Assembly: GCA_903951185.1 (NCBI GenBank)
Contig: CAJBBC010000109.1
Coordinates: 1 to 34,397 of the forward strand
DNA length: 34,397 nt
Direction: 5' to 3'
Source of the DNA: an uncultured Actinomycetes bacterium
GTDB taxonomy: Bacteria; Actinomycetota; Actinomycetes; S36-B12; UBA5976
This document shows, piece after piece, positions 18,955 through 27,024 of the stretch (positions are counted from its first letter, which is position 1; every line of letters starts with the position of its first letter). Both the position numbers and the translations under genes were made by a program. The notes below the pieces were generated by a model. That model worked only from the letters and a program-made list of their open reading frames with translations. It searched no databases and had not been told where the DNA came from.

Positions 18955-19761
18955 GTGCCTGAGTTAAGCCAAGATTTTCCACGTAAATGGGTGGAATTCA
19001 TCGACCCTGATGACGAGACGAATTTATATAAATTAGATCTGACTTGGCTGACTAGCCGCTGGACTTGTATCTGGGGTGCTGGGTGCAAGGGTATTGATAA
19101 AGATAACCCCGATGTTGGCTGCTGCAATTTAGGTGCACATATTGCCGATAAAGATGATTTTAAAAATACGAAAAAACACGCAGCAATGCTTCGCCCAGAA
19201 ATCTGGCAGAATTTTTCTGAGGGTCACAAGAACGGCATGTTTGAAAAAGATGAAGAAGGCGATCGCAAAACTCGAGCCTTCAAAGGCGCTTGTATTTTTC
19301 ATAATCGAAATGGTTTTGATGGTGGCGATGGTTGTGCGCTACATATTTTGGCAATGGAAATGGGCGTAGGTCATCATGAAACAAAGCCACAAGTTTGCTG
19401 GGAATTACCGATCCGCAGAACTTTTGAAAATTTTGAAAGGCCAGATGGTCTCGACACCGTCGTAATTGGTATTGAAGAATACAACCGACGCGGCTGGGGT
19501 GCTGGTGGCGAAGATTTAGATTGGTACTGTTCAACCGCTACCGAAGCACATGTCGGCCGCCAACCAGTTTATGAATCACTCGAAGGTGAACTAACTTCGC
19601 TAATGGGTAAGAAGGCTTACAAAATGCTGGTCGATCATTGCCGAGCCCATGAAGCAGCAATCGCTGCAGTAATGAAAACTGGCGATAAGAAAACTATTAA
19701 ATACTTAGCAATTCACCCTGCCACGCGGGCTAATCAAATAGCGGCTGAGAAGAAGTCCTAG
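18955..19761 (+). CDS. Cys-rich hypothetical protein (possible metal or Fe-S binding)
   Basis: WTCIWGAGC...GCC...ACIF...GCALH...KPQVCW...WYC pattern; probably leaderless (TAGGCT at 18943-18948). Confidence 0.75.
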   Translation: MPELSQDFPRKWVEFIDPDDETNLYKLDLTWLTSRWTCIWGAGCKGIDKDNPDVGCCNLGAHIADKDDFKNTKKHAAMLRPEIWQNFSEGHKNGMFEKDEEGDRKTRAFKGACIFHNRNGFDGGDGCALHILAMEMGVGHHETKPQVCWELPIRRTFENFERPDGLDTVVIGIEEYNRRGWGAGGEDLDWYCSTATEAHVGRQPVYESLEGELTSLMGKKAYKMLVDHCRAHEAAIAAVMKTGDKKTIKYLAIHPATRANQIAAEKKS

Positions 19762-19762
19762 C

Positions 19763-19784
19763 TGTCAGTTCAAGCGTCTACGCT
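19763..19784 (+). promoter_or_regulatory. RecA-NDp/PafBC-type promoter of leaderless radA
   Basis: TGTCAG-ttcaagcgtc-TACGCT, then 6 nt to the ATG. Confidence 0.72.
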
Positions 19785-19790
19785 TAGTAA

Positions 19791-21158
19791 ATGGCCAAAG
19801 CAACGCGAGCTAGTTTCAAGTGCACTGAGTGTGGCTGGACTGGGCCAAAATGGGTTGGACGTTGTCCAGAGTGCCAAGCCTGGAGTTCAGTTACTGAAGT
19901 TTCAGCGGCCCCTACCCAAGCCGGGCTAAGAAGTTCAACTTCCGGAACTACCCCGATACAAAAAGCACGAGCGATAAAAGATATTCCAGTGGGTGAAGTT
20001 GAACGAACTTCAACTGGTTTAGCTGAACTTGATCGAGTCCTCGGTGGCGGTCTAGTTGCTGGTCAGTGTGTTTTATTAGCTGGCGAACCTGGAGTTGGTA
20101 AATCGACTTTATTGTTAGAAGCTGCCGATAAATTTGCCACCAACGGACGTAAAGTCCTTTACATTTCTGGCGAAGAATCAGCCGAGCAAATAAGTATCCG
20201 AGCTAAACGGATCGGCACTAAATCCACCACATTACTTATTGCCGACGAAACTGATTTAGCTGTCCTACTCGGCCATGTTGAACAAGTTGATCCAGATTTA
20301 CTTGTTGTAGATAGTGTTCAAACGATTGCCTCAACCGAACTCGACGGTCGCGCTGGTGGCGTTGCCCAAGTTCATGAAGTTACCCAAGTACTTACCCGTG
20401 CTGCAAAAAGTCGACGGATGCCACTGCTCTTAATTGGCCAATCCACTCGAGATAATTCAGTTGCTGGACCACGTTCATTAGAGCACCTAGTTGATACAGT
20501 CTTAACTTTTGAAGGCGACCGCAGCACGCCACTTCGCTTACTGCGTGCCAATAAAAACCGCTACGGTCCAGCCGATGAAGTGGCTTGTTTTGAACAAGCC
20601 GACGACGGCTTACGTGAAGTTAGCGACCCATCGGCATTATTTAGATCCCAGCGTGATCAAGCAGTACCTGGAACCTGTATCACCATCACGATGGAAGGGC
20701 GTCGCGCCCTGCTCGTTGAAGTGCAAGCACTAACTACAGTCAGCCCATCAAATAACCCAATACGACGAACATCTGGCATTGATAATTCACGCTCGGCAAT
20801 GTTAATTGCGGTGACTGAGCGGGCTGGGCGCCTAAAGCTTTGGGATAAGGATGTGTTCTTATCGACAGTTGCTGGTGCAAAAATAACTGACCCAGGTGCC
20901 GATTTAGGAATGTGTCTGGCAATTGCCAGCGCAGTCCAAGATAAGGCACTACCCATTGATTTAGTTGCAATTGGTGAAGTTGCGCTAAGCGGTGACATTA
21001 GACCCGTTCCTGGAATTAATCAGCGGTTAACTGAAGCCGCTCGACTTGGCTTCGCAACTGCCTTAGTACCTAAAGGCACAAAGTTGCCACCTTCAGCTAA
21101 AGGTCTCAACATAATTGCGGTTGATAATTTAACTTCAGCTGTAAAACGATTCGCTTAA
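19791..21158 (+). CDS. radA: DNA repair protein RadA/Sms
   Basis: C4 zinc finger CTECG...GRCPEC, Walker A GEPGVGKST, KNRYG and a Lon-like C-terminal domain. Confidence 0.96.
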   Translation: MAKATRASFKCTECGWTGPKWVGRCPECQAWSSVTEVSAAPTQAGLRSSTSGTTPIQKARAIKDIPVGEVERTSTGLAELDRVLGGGLVAGQCVLLAGEPGVGKSTLLLEAADKFATNGRKVLYISGEESAEQISIRAKRIGTKSTTLLIADETDLAVLLGHVEQVDPDLLVVDSVQTIASTELDGRAGGVAQVHEVTQVLTRAAKSRRMPLLLIGQSTRDNSVAGPRSLEHLVDTVLTFEGDRSTPLRLLRANKNRYGPADEVACFEQADDGLREVSDPSALFRSQRDQAVPGTCITITMEGRRALLVEVQALTTVSPSNNPIRRTSGIDNSRSAMLIAVTERAGRLKLWDKDVFLSTVAGAKITDPGADLGMCLAIASAVQDKALPIDLVAIGEVALSGDIRPVPGINQRLTEAARLGFATALVPKGTKLPPSAKGLNIIAVDNLTSAVKRFA

Positions 21159-21186
21159 TTTGAATTAAGTGCGACAGAATTAACAT

Positions 21187-21657
21187 ATGCGAGCAGTAAT
21201 ACAACGAGTAGACGGTGCAGCGGTCGAAGTAGCTGGGAAAGTAATCGGTCAATTTTCTGGACCGGGTTTGATGGTTCTGGTCGGTGTAAATGTTGAAGAC
21301 GATATTCCTAAATGTGCCCCGCTTGCCGACAAAATTTGGAAACTTCGTATTTTTGATAGAGCGGCTCTCAATGCAGCAGGTGTAAGTTGCGCGGTTGAAG
21401 CTAATGAAGTTTCAGCTGCTGATGCAAATTTACCAATTCTGCTAATCAGTCAGTTCACTTTATTTGCTGATACAACAAAGGGTCGGCGCCCAACTTGGTT
21501 ACAGGCAGCGCGTGGCGAGCAGGCTGAGCCACTTATTAATGAAGTAGTCCGAGCATTAAGAGATTTAGGTGCCCAAGTTGAAACTGGAAAATTTGGTGCA
21601 GATATGAGAATTTCACAAGTATGCGATGGACCTATGACCGTTTTAGTCGAAGTTTAA
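21187..21657 (+). CDS. dtd: D-aminoacyl-tRNA deacylase
   Basis: MRAVIQRV, SQFTL, KGRRP, FGADM and DGP motifs. Confidence 0.95.
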   Translation: MRAVIQRVDGAAVEVAGKVIGQFSGPGLMVLVGVNVEDDIPKCAPLADKIWKLRIFDRAALNAAGVSCAVEANEVSAADANLPILLISQFTLFADTTKGRRPTWLQAARGEQAEPLINEVVRALRDLGAQVETGKFGADMRISQVCDGPMTVLVEV

Positions 21658-21658
21658 A

Positions 21659-22624
21659 TCAAGCCAAAACAATCGGTGTTTGAGCTGCACTCACACTGTT
21701 AATAGTTAGAACCGCATCAATTGGGGTAGACCGCTTAATTACTGCAAGAGCCACTGGCCCAGATTCAAAATCTTGTACCACTGAAGTAACTATGCCAACA
21801 CTTGCTTCGCCAAATAAAACTTGGTCACCGTGGACCGGTAATTCATTAGTTGACCCGTCCAATTCAAGGTGCACTAAACGACGTGGGGGTTTACCTAAAT
21901 TAACTACTCGAGCGACAGTTTCTTGTCCTCGATAGCAGCCTTTATTGAGATGCACTGCTGGACCAATTAAACCAATTTCATTAGGAATAGTTTTGTGATC
22001 AGTTTCAAAATTTAGTCGTGGAATACCTGCACGGATTCGATGTGCTTCCCAAGCCCAAGTTCCGACTGGATCAGTTAAGTGCTCCGCTAAAGTGGCGCGC
22101 GGTACTAGATACTGCGAAACTTTCCATTGCGAAGGTCGAGCTGCTACATATGGATCATTTTCAAAATTTAAATAATTATCTGGTGAATGCCAAGTTGGAA
22201 ATTCCCCCACCACCCAGCCAGGTGCGCCCACTACTGCAAAATCTGCACTTCGATTGGTAACTTCAACGCGCAACATAAATTTCATTGAATCTAAATACTT
22301 AACTAAATCTTCGGCAGTTCCCGGCTCGACGATTAGCCAAGTAGTTTCGCCGTCATCTATTAAATCCAGATCGTGTTCGATGTGGCCGTGTGGGCTCAAA
22401 ATTAAAGCTTGGGTTGACTTATAGGTAGTCAATAAATCCTGCGTTGTTAAAGAATTAAGCCAGGTATTTCGATCTGGTCCAGTTACGGTCACTACTCCGC
22501 GGTTTGAAAGATCTACTTGCCCATTGCCGGCAACTAAATTTCGTTGCTCTTTAAATGGGTCGCCGTAATGCCAAGGAATGGTGAAATCAGGACTTTGTTC
22601 ATCCATACTCGGCATTGCAGTCAT
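21659..22624 (-). CDS. ygfZ: Folate-binding protein YgfZ (GcvT-like)
   Basis: Signature KGCYRGQE; WHYGDPF N-terminus. Confidence 0.93.
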   Translation of the reverse strand: MTAMPSMDEQSPDFTIPWHYGDPFKEQRNLVAGNGQVDLSNRGVVTVTGPDRNTWLNSLTTQDLLTTYKSTQALILSPHGHIEHDLDLIDDGETTWLIVEPGTAEDLVKYLDSMKFMLRVEVTNRSADFAVVGAPGWVVGEFPTWHSPDNYLNFENDPYVAARPSQWKVSQYLVPRATLAEHLTDPVGTWAWEAHRIRAGIPRLNFETDHKTIPNEIGLIGPAVHLNKGCYRGQETVARVVNLGKPPRRLVHLELDGSTNELPVHGDQVLFGEASVGIVTSVVQDFESGPVALAVIKRSTPIDAVLTINSVSAAQTPIVLA

Positions 22625-22632
22625 GGGAGTAC

Positions 22633-23064
22633 TTAAAGTAACTTTTGGCGGTCAAGGCATTTGGCACATTGGCCGTGTACCGAAACGTGTGCGACATCAG
22701 TTTCAAACCCAACTTTGTCACGAAGGATCTGAACGAATACTTCGGCAACTTCGGCATCAACTGATTCAACTTGAGAACAGGTGTCGCAAACTAAATGGAT
22801 ATGTGAATCTTCTTCAACTGAGTGATAAGTCGGAGCGCCATGACCGATATGCGCATGGGTGACTAATCCGACCTCTTCTAGCACTTCAAGTGTTCGGTAA
22901 ATAGTTGATAAATTCACGGCAGCTGCATATTTTTGGACTTCAGTACACAACTCTTCAGGAGTGGCATGGCCCAAAGTGTTCACAGCTTCTAAAACAAGTT
23001 GACGTTGTGGGGTAATTCGGTACCCGTGTAATCGAAGTACTTCATCCCAATCCAGGCTAATCAT
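22633..23064 (-). CDS. nur: Fur-family regulator, likely a Nur (nickel uptake regulator) ortholog
   Basis: GYRITPQRQLVLEAV, HATP, HAHIGHGAPTYH, HIHLVC-x2-C and C-x2-C closely match my recollection of Streptomyces coelicolor Nur, with the same FABP-nur-ygfZ-dtd neighbourhood. The ATG at 23064 is preferred. Confidence 0.8.
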   Translation of the reverse strand: MISLDWDEVLRLHGYRITPQRQLVLEAVNTLGHATPEELCTEVQKYAAAVNLSTIYRTLEVLEEVGLVTHAHIGHGAPTYHSVEEDSHIHLVCDTCSQVESVDAEVAEVFVQILRDKVGFETDVAHVSVHGQCAKCLDRQKLL

Positions 23065-23596
23065 TTTGCACCTGCGCATTATTTACTTTTGTTAAATGGA
23101 ATGATGCATGTGATTTAAGTGCCACACCTTGCGCGGCCATGTCATAAACCCAACCAATGTGTCCATCCACAAGACCATAAAGGCGCTCACCTGCAGTTAC
23201 TTCTTTTGCACTTGAGGTTCGCATAATTGCATCGGTTTTTAACTCAACACGTGCACCGGTTATTTCAGCGTTAACAATTCCAGTGACCGTAACTTTGCCG
23301 TACCAAGTCTCAGAAATTCCTGTTGGATGATTTAGTAAAAGCTCAACTTCGTTATCTGGCATTGGCCGCCAAAAACCTGACTCCATCGCTAATGGTTCAA
23401 CGCGCTGACCATCGGCATCTAAGCGCCAAGTACGTGACCAATGGATTAAAAAGGGGCGTCCATCATGACTGATGTTTAATTCTTGACCAACTTGTATGTC
23501 GCCATCCATAGTTGGGTATCCGACCACACCAACGCCAACCCAGGTACCAATTAACCAAGATAACGGGGCTAAGTCTGGATGGTATTTAGTACTCAG
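23057..23596 (-). CDS. Nitrobindin/FABP-like beta-barrel protein (DUF1794), probable CTG start
   Basis: ESGFWRP and RLYGLV. The family N-terminal motif HPDLAPLSWLIGTWVGVG is in frame upstream of the ORF-track GTG (23527). The only plausible start before it is the CTG at 23596. Confidence 0.85.
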   Translation of the reverse strand: MSTKYHPDLAPLSWLIGTWVGVGVVGYPTMDGDIQVGQELNISHDGRPFLIHWSRTWRLDADGQRVEPLAMESGFWRPMPDNEVELLLNHPTGISETWYGKVTVTGIVNAEITGARVELKTDAIMRTSSAKEVTAGERLYGLVDGHIGWVYDMAAQGVALKSHASFHLTKVNNAQVQND

Positions 23597-23694
23597 TCTT
23601 GGCCCTTAAATAATTTATAAACCACATAACCGGCAAACCAAGTAATTGCTATTGAAGCAAGTATTAAAAGTCCTGTGTAAAAAGTTTCAACCAC
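23593..23694 (-). CDS. 33-aa single-TM small protein (not in the ORF track)
   Basis: MVETFYTGLLILASIAITWFAGYVVYKLFKGQD*; TAGACT -10 box 6 nt before the GTG (leaderless); its stop overlaps the next gene's start (CTGA). Confidence 0.75.
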   Translation of the reverse strand: MVETFYTGLLILASIAITWFAGYVVYKLFKGQD

Positions 23695-23747
23695 AGTAAT
23701 AGTCTACCGTTATTGGAGTAAGTCTCCATTTATAGGAAGTGCTAAAC

Positions 23748-24191
23748 ATGCCCGTTGATCCAACAGATGCCCAAGTTCGGGATATTTTGCTTACTGCTAA
23801 ATCCGTGGCGGTAATTGGTGTCTCAGCTAAACCTGATCGCGCAAGCCATCAAGTGGCCGCCTATTTAATAGAGCAAACACATCTAGATGTGTACCTAATA
23901 AATCCGGCACATCCCGGCGATATTTTGGGACAGCCTGTTTATCCAAATCTGGCAGCTTTGCCGATTATTCCTGACATCGTTGATGTCTTCCGCAAAGGTG
24001 AGGACATGCCTGGAGTTTTCGAAAAAGAATTTCCGGCGATCGCTGGTGACTGTGCTGGCAAAACATGGTGGATGCAACTTGGGATTAGAAATAATGAAGT
24101 TGCGCAACTTGCACACAACGGCGGCATGCAAGTTGTCCAGGACCGCTGTATCAAAATTGACTACATGCAGTTAGTTCCGCCTGGTCTTTAG
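23748..24191 (+). CDS. CoA-binding protein (YccU-like)
   Basis: VAVIGVSAKPDRASH, INP, DIVDVFR, WMQLG and QDRCIK. The ATG at 23748 has an AGGAAG SD; the GTG at 23739 is an alternative start. Confidence 0.9.
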   Translation: MPVDPTDAQVRDILLTAKSVAVIGVSAKPDRASHQVAAYLIEQTHLDVYLINPAHPGDILGQPVYPNLAALPIIPDIVDVFRKGEDMPGVFEKEFPAIAGDCAGKTWWMQLGIRNNEVAQLAHNGGMQVVQDRCIKIDYMQLVPPGL

Positions 24192-24616
24192 CGGCTAATA
24201 ATTCTTTTACCGAGTAAATACATTTCGCAGCCTAGGCAAATGGCAAAAGCTGCATTTAGGAATGCCGCACCAAGCGCAAAGCCAATCGCGATTAATGCCA
24301 GCCCAGTTGAATTAGCGATTGTCGCAACTAACCCAACGGCTGCAAAAAGAAATCCAACTAGCTGAGCAAACCGAAGTGGCGCTGAATCTTCTAATTCAAG
24401 TGGTGCACTCAATCTCGGGCGAACAAATTTTCGATAAATCCAGCCATAAGGATGGAATTGCAAACCAGCAAATGCACCTAGTCCAAAAACTATTGTTTGG
24501 ATAACAAGTAGCGAGGTAGCAAGTGTTGATGGACTTGTTAGCAGGATTACTGCTAGAACAGTGCTGGTTATTGCTGCACCGAATCTTGGACCGCGTGGGT
24601 CTACTTTTACGTTCAT
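24188..24616 (-). CDS. DUF4395-family membrane protein
   Basis: VDPRGPRFGA, PY...RPRL, EDSAPLRFAQLVG and CLGCEMY. Confidence 0.88.
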   Translation of the reverse strand: MNVKVDPRGPRFGAAITSTVLAVILLTSPSTLATSLLVIQTIVFGLGAFAGLQFHPYGWIYRKFVRPRLSAPLELEDSAPLRFAQLVGFLFAAVGLVATIANSTGLALIAIGFALGAAFLNAAFAICLGCEMYLLGKRIISR

Positions 24617-24618
24617 TA

Positions 24619-24665
24619 TGTTCCTCTAGTTATTTGATAATTGACTTAACTCAAAACTAGGAACA
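24619..24665 (-). promoter_or_regulatory. SD-sequestering attenuator hairpin
   Basis: mRNA UGUUCC-UAGUU (Cys-Ser-stop) can pair with AACUA-ga-GGAACA, which contains the DUF4395 SD; inner UUGA/UCAA stem. Confidence 0.72.
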
Positions 24666-24737
24666 ACACATATATGAAGATGAGCAGCGACCATAATCAA
24701 CAACCCGGCGCTTAGTGAGATATTTGCTCAACGTCAT
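24657..24737 (-). CDS. Leaderless Cys-rich leader peptide, Ms5788A-like (26 aa; not in the ORF track)
   Basis: MTLSKYLTKRRVVDYGRCSSSYMCCS*; TAATTT -10 box 7 nt before the ATG; ends 40 nt upstream of DUF4395. Confidence 0.88.
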   Translation of the reverse strand: MTLSKYLTKRRVVDYGRCSSSYMCCS

Positions 24738-24788
24738 GAGGATTAAATTACCGTGAAAACAAATTTCAATTCAGCCAGATATAACCTG

Positions 24789-24805
24789 TTGCAAACTACT
24801 TGCAG
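24789..24805. promoter_or_regulatory. Candidate Nur-type operator
   Basis: TTGCAA-actac-TTGCAG versus the recalled Streptomyces Nur consensus tTGCaa-N5-ttGCAA, within a divergent promoter region. Confidence 0.4.
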
Positions 24806-24883
24806 TAAGAAGTTTGTGATTTCAAAATCTGAACTATTTAACGTACGGTTTAAGTACTTGATTATTCAGATTTAGGTTAATAA

Positions 24884-25291
24884 ATGAACGGTTCAGCAAT
24901 CCTGGTTGCCAGTCTAATTTTGGCGACACTATTTGGGGTTTATCGATTAATTACTGATGGTCATGTGAAAGCAAAATCTGAACAGCATATTTGGGATACC
25001 CATAACTGCAAAATTGATTTAGGTGACAAAGCAACTCTGTTGCAATTTTCATCGGCTTTTTGCCAGCCTTGTCGAACTACAAAATTACTTTTAGCAGATA
25101 TTGCTTCGAGTACACCTGGAGTAAGTCATGTTGAAATCAACGCTGAGGAACACCTCCCACTAGTTCGCGAACTTGGAATTACTAGAACACCCACAACTTT
25201 CATCCTTGATGCAAATGGCACGATCCGTGGAAAAGCTAGCGGATTACCTAAACGTTCAGAAGTTACGCAATCGCTTGCCGCTTTGTTATAG
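24884..25291 (+). CDS. Membrane-anchored thioredoxin-family protein (ThiX-like)
   Basis: N-terminal TM segment, QFSSAFCQPC and TPTT. Confidence 0.88.
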   Translation: MNGSAILVASLILATLFGVYRLITDGHVKAKSEQHIWDTHNCKIDLGDKATLLQFSSAFCQPCRTTKLLLADIASSTPGVSHVEINAEEHLPLVRELGITRTPTTFILDANGTIRGKASGLPKRSEVTQSLAALL

Positions 25292-25381
25292 CCCTGTTAA
25301 ATAAGTAAAAAGTATCTGAACTAGGCAAGGCACATCAGCCTTGGCTAAACTCGAGACTTAAGCGAATTTAAGTGGGTGGCT

Positions 25382-26089
25382 ATGGCACAGGTTCTTCTGT
25401 TAACCCGCGCGCTCACTCCATCTAGTTCGGTACTTCCTGGGCTTGAATTACTTAGTCACCACATAAAAGTGATGTCACCAGAACCAACTGCGTTGATCAC
25501 TGCTCCTGTTGCCGATGTCATTTTGGTTGATGGCCGAACAGACTTACCAGCCGTACGAAGTCTTTGTAAATTAATGGAAACTACTGGAAACGCTTCACCA
25601 GTTATTTTGATCACCACTGAGGGTGGTTTAGCCGCAGTAAATAACGAATGGGGTTTAACTGATGTTCTACTTGAGTCAGCTAGCCCAGCTGAGATTGATG
25701 CACGAATCAGATTAGCGATTAGTCGAGTGCAAATTGATCAAACTGCCACTGCATATGGCGAAATAAAAGCTGGCGAGTTAGTAATAGACGAGACAACTTA
25801 CAGCGCAAAATTGCGTGGTAAAACTCTTGATTTAACTTTCAAGGAATTTGAGCTGCTCAAATTCTTAGCTCAGCATCCAGGTCGAGTTTTTTCACGTGAC
25901 CATTTACTGCAAGAAGTTTGGGGATTTGATTACTTTGGTGGAACTAGAACCGTTGATGTTCACGTTCGACGCTTACGTGCCAAACTCGGTCCAGAAAATG
26001 AAAACTTAATTGGCACAATTCGAAATGTTGGATATCGCTTCGTTACAACTCCACTTTCTGAAAATGAAAGTTCTACCGTAAACGTCTAA
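25382..26089 (+). CDS. glnR: Orphan OmpR-family nitrogen regulator GlnR
   Basis: [30 protein letters not shown] and [19 protein letters not shown]; directly upstream of mshD as in mycobacteria. The GTG at 25376 is an alternative start. Confidence 0.9.
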   Translation: MAQVLLLTRALTPSSSVLPGLELLSHHIKVMSPEPTALITAPVADVILVDGRTDLPAVRSLCKLMETTGNASPVILITTEGGLAAVNNEWGLTDVLLESASPAEIDARIRLAISRVQIDQTATAYGEIKAGELVIDETTYSAKLRGKTLDLTFKEFELLKFLAQHPGRVFSRDHLLQEVWGFDYFGGTRTVDVHVRRLRAKLGPENENLIGTIRNVGYRFVTTPLSENESSTVNV

Positions 26090-26091
26090 TT

Positions 26092-27024
26092 ATGCAAATT
26101 GAGCTTTCGGTGCTTCCGCATCTTTCGAGTGAAGAAATAACCGAAGTACTTGAAATTATTCAAGCCGCAACAATTCTTGATGACATGGCTCCACTTTCCG
26201 AACATGTTTTAATTCATTTGCGAATTGGCAGTGATTCGGCAGATGAGCATGTTTTAGCTCGCGATGAAAATAACAATTTAGTTGGCTACCTACATCTAGA
26301 CCGAACTGATGTGGTAGCTGGACCAGTAGTTGAAATCGTGGTTCATCCAACTGCGCGAAATAAAAAAGTTGGTACTCGGTTGGTTGAGTTTGCCGTGAGG
26401 CATCTTGCCGACGCAAGGCTTAGACTTTGGGCCCACGGTGAACTGGCTGGATCATATGCACTGGCTAAGAAAATGGGTTTTACAAAATCTCGAGAACTTT
26501 GGCAGATGCGTCGATCGCTGCTCGCTGAATTACCAAAATATGAATTACCTGCTGGATTTTTATTTAAACCATTTGAAGTTGGCCGCGATGAAGAAAACTG
26601 GTTGAAATTGAATGCCCAAGTTTTTGCCGAACATCCAGAGCAAGGACGGCTTACTAAATCCGATTTACAAATAAGAATGTCCGAAAATTGGTTCAATCCA
26701 TTGGGCTTTATCCTTGCGCAAAATCCTGCCGGCGAATTAATTGGTTATCACTGGACTAAAGTTCACGGCAATAAAGCAAAGTCAGATGAAAAGATTTCGC
26801 ACGGGCATTCCCAGCTTGGTGAAATTTATGTAATTGGAACTGCGCCTTCAGTTCGTGGCGTTGGATTAGGTAAGTCACTAGCACTGGCTGGATTAGATTA
26901 TCTTCGTGGTCAAGGGTTGCCGGCAGCGTTACTTTACGTTGATCGGGATAACTTAGCTGCGATTAAGTTATACGAAAGTATTGGCTTCTCGCACTGGGAT
27001 ACTGACGTGATGTTTCAGGCTTAG
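26092..27024 (+). CDS. mshD: Mycothiol synthase
   Basis: Tandem GNAT domains; WAHG, F.EHPEQG, HWTKVH, GEIYVIG and LYVD.DN. Confidence 0.95.
   Translation: MQIELSVLPHLSSEEITEVLEIIQAATILDDMAPLSEHVLIHLRIGSDSADEHVLARDENNNLVGYLHLDRTDVVAGPVVEIVVHPTARNKKVGTRLVEFAVRHLADARLRLWAHGELAGSYALAKKMGFTKSRELWQMRRSLLAELPKYELPAGFLFKPFEVGRDEENWLKLNAQVFAEHPEQGRLTKSDLQIRMSENWFNPLGFILAQNPAGELIGYHWTKVHGNKAKSDEKISHGHSQLGEIYVIGTAPSVRGVGLGKSLALAGLDYLRGQGLPAALLYVDRDNLAAIKLYESIGFSHWDTDVMFQA

Noticed and set aside
25322-25347. Hairpin tag-g-caaggc/gccttg-g-cta upstream of glnR as a riboswitch
   Set aside because: It is a single short stem with no recognisable aptamer; it could be a terminator or a 5' stabiliser.
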